A DNA stretch of 27,451 nt from a virus. Its lineage: Duplodnaviria > Caudoviricetes. Positions 15,519 through 25,688 of this stretch are shown here, one piece after another; position 1 is the first letter of the stretch; the number at the start of each line of letters is the position of its first letter. Position numbers and translations under genes: made by a program. The notes under the pieces are model-generated. The model saw only the letters and a program-made list of their open reading frames with translations. It was not told the origin of the DNA and ran no database searches. The DNA is taken from IMG/VR virus record IMGVR_UViG_3300012952_000100, positions 1 through 27,451 of that record, one strand, 5' to 3'.

Positions 15519-17762
15519 ATGGCAATAGCACCAGTCAATAAGTTTATATCAATTGCCGTTCCTGTAGCACCAGGATTGCAAAAATTATATGAAGTACCAA
15601 CAGGAACTTCTGCTTTGGTGTTGTATGCACAGGTAGCAAATGTTGGTGTAGGCACATATCCAACAGTTACTTTTACACAAAGAAGAGAATCTAGAAGTAC
15701 TGGTCTTGAGAGAGATATAAGAGTTATAAAGGATGTAGAAATACCACCTAATGATGGTGTTATTTTAATTGATGGTAGAATGGTGTTAGAAAAAACACCA
15801 TTAATTATAGATAAAGTTTTTATTCAAGGCACACAAAGTGGTGTATCTACAGTTACTAAGGTTGAATATGATGAACCTACAGGAATTGTAACTGTAATAA
15901 CAATGGATCCTCATGGATTCTCTGCTGGTGATCAAATAACAATGGGAGGAATAGCATTTACCTGTGCTAATAATACTTCAGGTATAACTACTACTATTTT
16001 TCCAGATCCACAAGCATCATATATTGTAAATACTGCACCAACTACTACAGAATTTACTGCAGATATTGGTAGTGCTAATGGAATATTGCATTTTTATAAT
16101 CCTGCAAACCATAAATTTATTAGATGTGATCAAAATTGTGTAACAATATCTTCAAGTAGTGCTACAGTTACTCCATCAAATGCTACATATGATGCTAAGA
16201 CAGGAAAATTAGGTCTAACTCTTATTGATAATACTTTATTTACATCATCAACTTCAAAAACACCAAATGGTGCTGAATATGATGCTTCTGTAGGAATACT
16301 AACAATTACTACTGCTACTGCTCATGGTTATTCTACTGGAAATCTTGTAAAATTTGATGATTATGCATTAACTTTTAAATGTAGTATGGATGGTAAAAAT
16401 ACAACTCATACTTATCCAAGACCTACTGATCCTGTTTCTCAAGTATGGAAATCTATTACAGTAGAAAATGCTACTAAATTTAATCTGAATGTAGGAACAT
16501 CTCCTATTTCTTTTTATTCAGTAGCTGCTGCAGTTTATGATCCTAGAGTTGGTATTGCTACTCTTAGTGTAGGGGGAAATACTTTTAAAGGACCAACAAA
16601 ACATACTCCATCTAATGCTCAATATAACCCATTTACGGGTATAACTACCGTTACTCTTAATAATCATAGATTTAACAATGGTGATTGGATTAATATTGCA
16701 CCTAATGCATTGACTATGAGTTGTAATTATAATGGAGCAAGTGGTGATGCTGCTAAAAAAACATATCCAAGAGAAGGTGATAAAGCATTTGGTACATGGA
16801 TTCCTATTTCTAATGTTACTACAAATACATTTACTGTTCAAGTATTAAATACTGCTCCTTCTACGAATGTTAATGATCATGCTTTTGTATCTTGGGCAGA
16901 GGATGGTTTAAGTAGAGCAACTAAAACAGTTAAAATTGGAACAGAATCTCTTAGATTTACTTGTGCTAAGGATGCTCATGCTACTAATCATGATTATCCT
17001 CGTGCAACTGCTGGTGATGGTTCTCCTGATCCTGCATATAATACTTCAGTTCCAGTTGTTGGAAGAACAGATACAACAGTATCTTTGGGTATTGGAACAG
17101 CAGACAATTCTGATGTTGGAATTCATACCTTTGTACCAGCAACTAAATTGAAACCAGAAAGTGCTCAATATACTGCTGGTGGTAGTAGTGCTGGTATTCT
17201 GACATGTACTATTACTAATCATGGATTTGAACAAGGAGATGCAATTAAAATTGATAATAATAGTATAACTTTCTCATGTGGATATGGTGGAGGTGGTGAA
17301 GATAGTTATCCTAGAGCAACTGATCCTGCTGCTGATACTTGGCTACCAATTACATATATTGATGCAAATAATTTTAGCGTTAATGTTGGAGGTGCAGGAG
17401 CTGCTTCTGGAGATGACCATACTTTTGTAAGGTCAAAAGCAGGTATAACTAGATCAGTTGTAAAGCAAGGTGGTGATTATCAGCATGAGTTTGTTAGTGC
17501 TGTTACAAATGGTATGAAGAGGGCAACTGATTCAATTACAATAGCTAATAATTCATTAATATTCTCTTGCAGTCAAGATGGATTTGGATCTGAACACGCA
17601 TATCCACGTCCAGGTGATCCTGCATCAGGAGCAACATTAGGTATTATTGAAGCAGACCCAAATAGCATTACAGTTAATGTCGGAATATCAACTCAAGGTG
17701 GACTTGTTGCTCCACTTCAAATGGAATTTCTCGCAAGTATTCTAGAAAATAGTAATGCCTAA
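15519..17762 (+). CDS. Virion structural protein with internal repeats (A.YD...G.., HG...GD, F.C..DG...H.YPR..DP)
   Basis: Five YPR-containing repeats (near 16413, 16764, 16995, 17307, 17601); tightly coupled to both neighbours. Confidence 0.72.
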   Translation: MAIAPVNKFISIAVPVAPGLQKLYEVPTGTSALVLYAQVANVGVGTYPTVTFTQRRESRSTGLERDIRVIKDVEIPPNDGVILIDGRMVLEKTPLIIDKVFIQGTQSGVSTVTKVEYDEPTGIVTVITMDPHGFSAGDQITMGGIAFTCANNTSGITTTIFPDPQASYIVNTAPTTTEFTADIGSANGILHFYNPANHKFIRCDQNCVTISSSSATVTPSNATYDAKTGKLGLTLIDNTLFTSSTSKTPNGAEYDASVGILTITTATAHGYSTGNLVKFDDYALTFKCSMDGKNTTHTYPRPTDPVSQVWKSITVENATKFNLNVGTSPISFYSVAAAVYDPRVGIATLSVGGNTFKGPTKHTPSNAQYNPFTGITTVTLNNHRFNNGDWINIAPNALTMSCNYNGASGDAAKKTYPREGDKAFGTWIPISNVTTNTFTVQVLNTAPSTNVNDHAFVSWAEDGLSRATKTVKIGTESLRFTCAKDAHATNHDYPRATAGDGSPDPAYNTSVPVVGRTDTTVSLGIGTADNSDVGIHTFVPATKLKPESAQYTAGGSSAGILTCTITNHGFEQGDAIKIDNNSITFSCGYGGGGEDSYPRATDPAADTWLPITYIDANNFSVNVGGAGAASGDDHTFVRSKAGITRSVVKQGGDYQHEFVSAVTNGMKRATDSITIANNSLIFSCSQDGFGSEHAYPRPGDPASGATLGIIEADPNSITVNVGISTQGGLVAPLQMEFLASILENSNA

Positions 17763-20700
17763 GTATTTAAGTGGAAGGGTAAGAAGAACCCCTCAAGATA
17801 GATTAACTGATGATAGATATCAATATCTTGATTTAAGTCAAGCAGAACCTAATATTGGTGATCCACCAACTGCTTCTGGAACTCCTGGTATTCCTGCAGG
17901 TCAACAATATCAATTAGTATCTGTTCTTTCTAATCCTGGAGAAAGATATTGGATTCCAATTGGTGGTGGTTTAATTCCAGGTTCTATTAGTGTGTATGAT
18001 GAGGGATCATTAGTAGGATCAGTAAGTAGTATAACTCAACTTAATTTTATAGGAGTAGGTCTTACTGCTGATGCTGCTCTTTTAGGAGTTGGTGCAACCA
18101 TTACAGTAACCCCTCCAGGTGATGTTGGAAGTGTCTTATTTAAAGAAAGAATATTTGATCCAAAAGGAAATAGTGGAGTAGGAACTCATCGTAATGATTT
18201 TAATACATCTTCTGATTTAGTATTTAATAGTGCAGTTGGTATTCTTACTGTAGGAAATGGAATTAATATTGGAATTGGTGGAACCATTATAACTGCTTTT
18301 TCTGGTGCAAGTGGCATTGCATCGGTAGGTATAGGAACTGCAGCTCCATCACAAGAATTGGATGTTAATGGTGATGTTAGAATAAGAAAAACAATATATG
18401 ATTGGAATAATGAACCTGGTGATCAAGGAGAACTTTTAACAAAAGGTCAGTATGGTCTTGAATGGACAAATGCTTCTGCTGTTCGTTCTGGTGCTGGTGG
18501 AGATATTGGGCAACTACAATACCATAATACTGCAGGTTTAGTAGATGGTGCGGATCTTTTCTATTATGATGCAACTAATGATAGAGTTGGTATTGGAAGT
18601 ACACAACCAACTTCTTTATTAGATGTAATTGGTTTATCTACATTCAGAGGTGGAGTTACAGTTGATCATTTATATATTACTGGTGTTACTACAGCACTCA
18701 ATCTTATTGATGCTCAAGGTGGAGTAAAGGCAAACACATTACAGGTTACTGATTTAACAAATGATCGTGTTGTTTATGTTGGACCTAATGGTGAATTAGT
18801 TGATAGTACTAATTTAACATTTGATGATTATACTCTTAGACCATTAGGAGCTAATGTTGTTGGAACTACTACATCTGCAAACTTAAAAGTTACTGGAATT
18901 TCAACTATAGGTAATGTAGTTTTTGATACTAATGAAATTAGAACATCAACTGGCAATTTAACTTTAGATGCTTATAGTGATACAGTACAAGTAAATGCTG
19001 GAATATATTTAAATTTTGCTACTGAATCACATACTAAAGATACGGGTGCTTTAATAGTTGAAGGTGGTGTAGGAATTGAGAAAAATTTAAATGTTGGTGG
19101 TGCAGTATCATTTACTGGTTCTTCAAGTGGAATAGGTATTACTCTTTCTGCTGCTGGTGGTATTACTACCACTGGTGGAGATCTTTATGTTGGTGGGGAT
19201 TTATATGTAAAGCAAAACACTGTACTTTTTGAGGGCATATTTGAACAACTTCTTGTAACTCCAGGTATTGGTACGTTTAAAGGAGATTTAGAATTATGGG
19301 GAAATGGTAGTAGTTCTAAAGATGCATATTGGTCTAGCGGTGTTAAAAAATTAGTTTTAAATGATAATTCAAAATTAAGTTTAGGTTCACTTCAGGATTT
19401 TTCAATTTATTTTGATGATACGAATAAATGTGGTACGCTTAAAATAGCAAATAATACTGCTAATGACGGTATAATAAAGATAGTTAATATTTCGGATGGT
19501 TTATTTGCAGAATTTAATCAATCTATAGATTTATATTATTCTGGATCGAGAAAATTCCAAACTTCTGGGATAGGAGTTACTGTTACTGGACAATTAGATG
19601 CTGCGACTGGTAATTTTAGTAGTAATTTAACAGTAGGTGGTGTTTCTAATCTAAATGGAGATATAAATTTAGGTGATGCTACAACAGATAATATTGATTT
19701 TAAAGGAAAGGTTGATAGTGATATTATACCAAATATTCCAAATGAAAATGATTTAGGTAGTGCGGCAAATAGATGGGATGTTGTATATGCAAATACATTT
19801 GATGGATTAGGAACTCTTACAGTTGATGATTTATATGTATCTGGCATTGCAACATTTAAAGATGATGTTGAATTTCATGGAACTGGTGGTACTGATAGTA
19901 AAGGTAATGTAGGTATTAAATCTGCTTTCTGGGATAAATCAGAAATGAGATTTAGATATCTCGACAACATTGAAGCAAGTTGGGGTGATACTAGAGAATT
20001 ACAAATTTATCATTTTGATGATAGTTATATAAAAAATACTGCTGCTACATCAAATCTTTTCATAGAAAGTGCTTTAGGAATTTATCTTAGAACAAAAGGT
20101 GGTACTGAGACTGCATTAAGGGCTTTAACAGATGCTGGTGTTGATTTATATTATGATGGTGGTTTAAGATTATCTACTTACGATAAAGGAATTTCATTAA
20201 GTGCTGATGGTTCAGTTGGTGCTGCTGTTAGTATATACGATGCTGATAATAGTAACTATGCTGCGATAAAGTCTCCTAATGCATTAGGAGCAGATTATAC
20301 ACTTACTCTACCTCCAAATACTGGGCAGGATGGAGAGCTTTTACAAACTGATGGAACTGGTGTTTTAACTTGGGGTCCATCAAGTAATCTTAATGTAGAG
20401 AGTGCTCGTAAAGTTGGTGTAGGATCTACTAATCAAAATGATACTTATCATTTTACGTTTGTTAAAGATAATAATCCACATACTAATAGGCAGAATGAAC
20501 ACTTATACTCTGATGCTAAGATAACTTACAAATTTAATGAAACAACTAGTATAGGTAATTTTGGTATTAATGTAGCATCTCCAGATGCACTCTTAGATTT
20601 ATTTCATGCAAAGGATACTGATAATTGGAGATTTAGAATAAACACAGATGTATCTAATGGTGCTGGATTTTATCAGAAGGCAGATGGTAACTTTGAGATG

Positions 20701-22710
20701 GTTCTTTATGATAAAACAGATAAAAATAATTATATTCTTGGAGATGCAGGTTCGTTAGCCTTTATAACAAATGCAGATGCTAATACTGTAGGAACAGAAA
20801 GATTCCGCATGGGACCTAATGGTCAACTTGGTATTGCTGGTGCTAATTATGGAACTGCTGGATATGTTTTAAAGAGTCAAGGTCCTAATGATCCAGTTGT
20901 ATGGGCAGTGGATTCCAGTGGTGGTACAACACCAGGTGGTAATGATAAAGAATTTCAATTTAATGATGATGGTGTTTTTAATGGATCATCTAGCTTTGTT
21001 TTTGATAAAACTGGTTCATTATCTTACGGTGGTGCTAACAGTGTACACTTCCTTAGTCTTACAACTGCCGCAGATCCAGCAAGAAGTGTAATTTGGAAAC
21101 CAGGTGCTGGACAACTTATTTTAACAAGAGAGACTGAAATAAAGTTGGGAACTGCCAATATGAGTGGACCTTCTAGTATTTACTATAGTGATACTGGAGC
21201 TATTTCACATTGGAAAGCAACAGCAAGTGGTAGTATTGAGTTAAGTGGTGATAATAGTGCTACTGGTAATCATACAATTAAAATAAAACCCAATAGTGAT
21301 AAGAATAGTATTAGTGCAACTGCAAATGCAGGAGTAACTTTATATCATAATTCATTTAGTAAATTAGCAACTACTACCGATGGAATAAAAATATATGGTG
21401 GTATTCAAGATAAAACTGATAGTTTAGGTGGGGATACACAAGTATTAAGTTCTACTGGAACTGAATTATTATGGGTAAATGCTGGAAGTGTTGGTGGACA
21501 ACCAGGTGGTATTGATAGACAAATTCAGTATAATAATAATAGTTCATTTGGTGGAGCATCTACTTTCATCTTTGATGATGATGGAACTTATTATCATGGA
21601 CTTAATAATTCCATATATTTCGTTGGGGCAGATATTAATAAAAACGTTTCTTGGCAACCTGAGAATGATGCCTTTGTTTTTATGAATAATACTGCTATTA
21701 ATTTAGGAACAGCAGGTAATAGTAATAATAATTGGCAATCTAGAATATATCATGATGGTAATGCCTCATATTGGGATGCACTCCAAGGAGGTAAGGATAT
21801 TAATATTCAAGGTAGTACTAGTAATACATCAAATCAAACATTTAGAATTAGACCCAATAAGAATAAAGATAGTATTATTGCAATTGCAAATGCAGGAGTA
21901 TCATTATGGTATGATGGAACCAAGCGTATTGAAACTACGGATGATGGAATAAGAATTTATGGTGGTCTTCAAGATAAAGATGGTCAATTAGGAACATCAG
22001 GTCAATTATTAACTTCTACTGGAACTGGAATTGATTGGGTAAATCCTGGAAGTGTTGGTGGAGTTCAAGATAAGATACAAGAAGGCAATACAAAAGCAGA
22101 AGTAGTTGATACTGGAACGGATGGTCACTTTTTAGTTGAGACTGAGGGAACCGAAAGACTTCGCATCACAAGTGGTGGAGTATTAGAAATTGAAAGAGGA
22201 TCTAGTAGTGCACAAGCAATTGATATTAAGACAACTGCCACGACTGGTGCTTCCAGAATTAGATTTATGGAGTCTGGTTCTGCAGTAGGAGAATTTGCAT
22301 ACTCTCATGATAATAACCAAGTAGAACTAATTGGTCGTTCTGGAAAAAGTGCAGCTATTTTTACTGATGATAGTGAAAAACTCCGTATTGGAACTTCAGG
22401 ACAACTTGGAATTGCTGGTGCCAATTATGGAACAAGTGGTCAGGTATTAAAGAGTGGTGGATCTAGTGCAAGTGTTTATTGGGGTGACGATAGTGGTGGA
22501 AGTGGTGGTCTTACTAATATAATTGTTGATTATACTGGTAGGAGTGCACCATGTGCTATGCCAATCACAATAACATCCGCTAATCCAGTAACAAAGCAAA
22601 TTAATATTCCTCAGAGTAGTAATGCTTTTGGTGCTAAGTATGTTCAATCCACTGAACCTACTGGAACATCTGTTTGTGATGGTGATATATGGTATGACAC
22701 TTCATCATAA
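17755..22710 (+). CDS. Long tail fibre-like protein, 1651 aa, mosaic
   Basis: Gly/Thr/Ser/Asn-rich; VGIGT and VGIGST motifs, three GG...Q.Q[YF]N repeats, ERLRI..G.LGI modules, YTLTLP...G..G..L.TDG.G.L.W; 8-nt overlap with the upstream gene. Confidence 0.8.
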   Translation: MPKYLSGRVRRTPQDRLTDDRYQYLDLSQAEPNIGDPPTASGTPGIPAGQQYQLVSVLSNPGERYWIPIGGGLIPGSISVYDEGSLVGSVSSITQLNFIGVGLTADAALLGVGATITVTPPGDVGSVLFKERIFDPKGNSGVGTHRNDFNTSSDLVFNSAVGILTVGNGINIGIGGTIITAFSGASGIASVGIGTAAPSQELDVNGDVRIRKTIYDWNNEPGDQGELLTKGQYGLEWTNASAVRSGAGGDIGQLQYHNTAGLVDGADLFYYDATNDRVGIGSTQPTSLLDVIGLSTFRGGVTVDHLYITGVTTALNLIDAQGGVKANTLQVTDLTNDRVVYVGPNGELVDSTNLTFDDYTLRPLGANVVGTTTSANLKVTGISTIGNVVFDTNEIRTSTGNLTLDAYSDTVQVNAGIYLNFATESHTKDTGALIVEGGVGIEKNLNVGGAVSFTGSSSGIGITLSAAGGITTTGGDLYVGGDLYVKQNTVLFEGIFEQLLVTPGIGTFKGDLELWGNGSSSKDAYWSSGVKKLVLNDNSKLSLGSLQDFSIYFDDTNKCGTLKIANNTANDGIIKIVNISDGLFAEFNQSIDLYYSGSRKFQTSGIGVTVTGQLDAATGNFSSNLTVGGVSNLNGDINLGDATTDNIDFKGKVDSDIIPNIPNENDLGSAANRWDVVYANTFDGLGTLTVDDLYVSGIATFKDDVEFHGTGGTDSKGNVGIKSAFWDKSEMRFRYLDNIEASWGDTRELQIYHFDDSYIKNTAATSNLFIESALGIYLRTKGGTETALRALTDAGVDLYYDGGLRLSTYDKGISLSADGSVGAAVSIYDADNSNYAAIKSPNALGADYTLTLPPNTGQDGELLQTDGTGVLTWGPSSNLNVESARKVGVGSTNQNDTYHFTFVKDNNPHTNRQNEHLYSDAKITYKFNETTSIGNFGINVASPDALLDLFHAKDTDNWRFRINTDVSNGAGFYQKADGNFEMVLYDKTDKNNYILGDAGSLAFITNADANTVGTERFRMGPNGQLGIAGANYGTAGYVLKSQGPNDPVVWAVDSSGGTTPGGNDKEFQFNDDGVFNGSSSFVFDKTGSLSYGGANSVHFLSLTTAADPARSVIWKPGAGQLILTRETEIKLGTANMSGPSSIYYSDTGAISHWKATASGSIELSGDNSATGNHTIKIKPNSDKNSISATANAGVTLYHNSFSKLATTTDGIKIYGGIQDKTDSLGGDTQVLSSTGTELLWVNAGSVGGQPGGIDRQIQYNNNSSFGGASTFIFDDDGTYYHGLNNSIYFVGADINKNVSWQPENDAFVFMNNTAINLGTAGNSNNNWQSRIYHDGNASYWDALQGGKDINIQGSTSNTSNQTFRIRPNKNKDSIIAIANAGVSLWYDGTKRIETTDDGIRIYGGLQDKDGQLGTSGQLLTSTGTGIDWVNPGSVGGVQDKIQEGNTKAEVVDTGTDGHFLVETEGTERLRITSGGVLEIERGSSSAQAIDIKTTATTGASRIRFMESGSAVGEFAYSHDNNQVELIGRSGKSAAIFTDDSEKLRIGTSGQLGIAGANYGTSGQVLKSGGSSASVYWGDDSGGSGGLTNIIVDYTGRSAPCAMPITITSANPVTKQINIPQSSNAFGAKYVQSTEPTGTSVCDGDIWYDTSS
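20932..22062 (+). repeat. Diverged tandem duplication of a module of about 190 aa (570-bp period) in the long fibre
   Basis: PGG...F.FD...ANAGV.L...DGI.IYGG.QDK....G...Q.L.STGT...WVN.GSVGG occurs twice, starting at 20932 and 21502. Confidence 0.85.
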
Positions 22711-23039
22711 ATATGTTATAACAATGAAAATAATTAATAATTATGGCAATTAAAGTACGGCAAGGAGGTGCATGGGTAACTGTTGCTGATACAGGTGGTA
22801 CCGATACAACTTATGATCTCTTAGGTGGTGGAACTTCTGGTGGAGCTGGGACTTTTGGAACTGGTGTAGGAAAAATTATATTAAGACCTAGTAGTGGAGA
22901 TGATGATGAAGTTTCTATAACAGGTGGAAGTAATATTAGAATTGATGGTACTAGTGCTACTGGTTTTACAATCAATGCTGATACAGGTAGTTCTGATGTT
23001 GCAGATAAGATACAAGAAGGCAATACAAAAGCAGAAGTA
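22068..23039 (+). repeat. 37-bp perfect direct repeat shared by two fibre genes
   Basis: AGATAAGATACAAGAAGGCAATACAAAAGCAGAAGTA at 22068-22104 and 23003-23039 (DKIQEGNTKAEV). Confidence 0.92.
22706..22713 (+). promoter_or_regulatory. Late promoter overlapping the stop codon of the 1651-aa gene
   Basis: CATAAATA about 30 nt upstream of the ATG at 22743. Confidence 0.6.
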
Positions 23040-25685
23040 ATAGATACTGGTACTGATGGTCGTTTTTTAATAGAAATAGATGGTGTAGAAGCTCTTCGTG
23101 TTAAGAATAATCGAGAATTACTTCTTAAAAAAACTGCTACATCTTTAGAAGGGGGTCATCTTCAATTTGAGGATATTGCTGGTTCTGAATCATTTGCAAT
23201 TGATGTTTACGGAAATAATTCCAATGATTCTGTAATAAGACTTATTGATCAACTAACGCAAAGTGGAGATACAGGCACTGAAAGATTTTCTGTTAATAGG
23301 TCTGGTGCTTTTGGAATAGGTCACGTCACTGAGCGTAGTTTTGGAACTTCTGGATATGCTTTAGTAAGTCAAGGTGCTAGTGCACCACCTAAATGGGAAG
23401 ATCTTAGTGCAGGAGCTGCTACTACTTTCTTATCCCTTGGAGACACACCTCCAAACTATACTGGAGAAGCACATAAGTTAGTCAGAGTTAATAAATCAGG
23501 AAGTACTAGTAATGGTACTGCATTAGAATTTATTACCGAAACAACTTATGCATTATCAGCAGTAGATGGTGATGATGGTGCCAGTGAAAAAATAAAATTA
23601 ACACCTACTAGTGGAACTGCGTCTGATGTAACTCTTAAGGTTATTAATGGTCTTTCAATAGCGAGGGATAATAATCTAATAACAATTGATGGTGCAGGAG
23701 CAGGAACTAATACAACTTATAATTTAAAACTATCAGGTTCTAATGGTGATAGTGGACAGGCTATTTGGACATTAGATGGGACAAATGGTACAGATACAGA
23801 TACTACTGTTACATTAAAAGCAGGTAATAATATTTCAATTTCTAGTTTATCAGGAACTGGATCTGGTACTAGTGGTCAGTTTCAAATTGATGCCGCAGGT
23901 CCTGGTGCTGATACCTACAGTCTTCCAGTAACTGCAAGTGGAACTGATATTAAATTATCATTAACTCCACTTGATGGAACTACTCCATCACCTAATCAAG
24001 TTGTAACTATAGAAAAAGGAAATAATGTTACCTTAACAAAAACTAGTGGTAATAATTTTAAAATTGATGTTGATGCATCAAGTATACCTGGTACAACTTA
24101 TGAATTAAAAGCTACAAAAACTTCTACTGGTACTAATCCAGATGGAACTGTTAATACCAATCCATACCTATTTTTAGATGCTTCTGGATCTGAAACTGAT
24201 TCTTCAGTTAGATTGGTTGGTTCTGGTAATGTTTCAGTTACTAGAAATAATACTGGAAATACAATTACCATTAATGGTTCAGGTGGTTCAGGAACTGGTA
24301 CAACTTATACTTATAATGTATCAGGTCTATGGACAAATAATCCAAGATTAAGATTAACAAATGATACTGATAGTGACGATACTCAAGATATAGAAATAGC
24401 TGGTGACTCTTTGAGTGGAATTTCAGTAGTTCGTACTAGTGCTAACAAAATTACTATTAGTGCAAATTCAAGTATTGGTGCTGCTTATACACTTAATGGA
24501 CTTGTAAGTGCAGCAGCAGATAACACCTTCAACGCTGGTAGTGGAACATTTAGATTAGCAAAAGATGGTGTTGTAAATGCTAGTGATCCAACAATAAAAA
24601 TAAGTGCTGGACCTAATATTAGAATTAGTGGTTCTAATACTGACTTTAAAATTGAAGCTGATGATATTGCTGCAGGTGCATTTAAATTTAAAAATACTGC
24701 TACAGATAATACAGCTGCAAAATTTCAATTATATCCTGGTGACAATCCTGCTGCAGGTGCTAGTGATCAATTAATTACAATAACACCTGGAGGTGGAATT
24801 AGTTTTGTTAACACAGCTCAAGGATTAACAATTTCATCATCATCTACTTCTGGTGGAGCAACATATAGTCTTGCTGCTCATGGTGGTAATACTAATGGAG
24901 GTGCTGGATTAACACTTTCTGGTACTAATAGAACTACTAGTGATGTTATAGGTATTACAGGTGTATCTGGAATTGAAGTAATAAAAGATGGTACAGGATT
25001 AAAAATTTCGGGAGGTGCATCAAGTGGTAAGGATAATTATACTCTTCCTTTATCTTCCATCACTGATGGTGTTGCAATAACATTAAAACCAACAGCAGCT
25101 GCTGCAGATGCTGCTACTCAAATTGTAAATGTAACATCTGGAGATGGTATTTCAATATCCCAATCTGGTCAAACTTTTACAATTTCAGCTTCGGATACTG
25201 CTACTACAAATGGTAATCTCCCTGTAGGATCTATAATTGCATTTTACGGTTCAACAATTCCACCTAAATGGAAGAAATGTAATGGACTGAATGGAACACC
25301 TAATTTGACGGGTAAATTTATTATGGGTGAAGGTGCGAGTGGTTTTGGATATAACTCATTTGGTGGACGAGTGGATGCATTACTTAACCACACACACTCA
25401 GTTTCAAGTGGTGGAAATCAAGCAACTATTGATAATTCAGGTAATCATGATAATCATTATTATTATAATTGGTCTAATGTAATCAGTGGTGGTGGAGATG
25501 CTTCAAATAGAAGGGCACCAGTCAGTGTTGCTCAGATAAAAACACAAGGACCTCCTGATGGAACACCACCTGGTAAACACGCACACCTCTTCAGTTTTAA
25601 TGTAACCTCAGGCCAGCAAGGAAATGGAGCAAACTCATTGCCACCATATTATGTACTCTATTACATTATGAGAGTTACTGCATAA
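22743..25685 (+). CDS. Tail fibre with about ten repeats of roughly 60 aa and a C-terminal tail-collar plus His-tip domain (gp12/gp37-tip-like)
   Basis: Repeats start TTY.L and end G.N[IV].I...[IF]TI; collar motif LPVGSIIAFYG..IP..W..CNG.NGTPNL.GKFIMG; HTH and HAH motifs; terminal LPPYYVLYYIMR. Confidence 0.85.
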   Translation: MAIKVRQGGAWVTVADTGGTDTTYDLLGGGTSGGAGTFGTGVGKIILRPSSGDDDEVSITGGSNIRIDGTSATGFTINADTGSSDVADKIQEGNTKAEVIDTGTDGRFLIEIDGVEALRVKNNRELLLKKTATSLEGGHLQFEDIAGSESFAIDVYGNNSNDSVIRLIDQLTQSGDTGTERFSVNRSGAFGIGHVTERSFGTSGYALVSQGASAPPKWEDLSAGAATTFLSLGDTPPNYTGEAHKLVRVNKSGSTSNGTALEFITETTYALSAVDGDDGASEKIKLTPTSGTASDVTLKVINGLSIARDNNLITIDGAGAGTNTTYNLKLSGSNGDSGQAIWTLDGTNGTDTDTTVTLKAGNNISISSLSGTGSGTSGQFQIDAAGPGADTYSLPVTASGTDIKLSLTPLDGTTPSPNQVVTIEKGNNVTLTKTSGNNFKIDVDASSIPGTTYELKATKTSTGTNPDGTVNTNPYLFLDASGSETDSSVRLVGSGNVSVTRNNTGNTITINGSGGSGTGTTYTYNVSGLWTNNPRLRLTNDTDSDDTQDIEIAGDSLSGISVVRTSANKITISANSSIGAAYTLNGLVSAAADNTFNAGSGTFRLAKDGVVNASDPTIKISAGPNIRISGSNTDFKIEADDIAAGAFKFKNTATDNTAAKFQLYPGDNPAAGASDQLITITPGGGISFVNTAQGLTISSSSTSGGATYSLAAHGGNTNGGAGLTLSGTNRTTSDVIGITGVSGIEVIKDGTGLKISGGASSGKDNYTLPLSSITDGVAITLKPTAAAADAATQIVNVTSGDGISISQSGQTFTISASDTATTNGNLPVGSIIAFYGSTIPPKWKKCNGLNGTPNLTGKFIMGEGASGFGYNSFGGRVDALLNHTHSVSSGGNQATIDNSGNHDNHYYYNWSNVISGGGDASNRRAPVSVAQIKTQGPPDGTPPGKHAHLFSFNVTSGQQGNGANSLPPYYVLYYIMRVTA

Positions 25686-25688
25686 TAA

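Noticed and set aside
22068-25685. Diversity-generating retroelement or invertase-based fibre switching
   Set aside because: No reverse transcriptase or recombinase in the window, no adenine-specific TR/VR pair seen, and the repeats are direct, short and not at the C-terminal tip.
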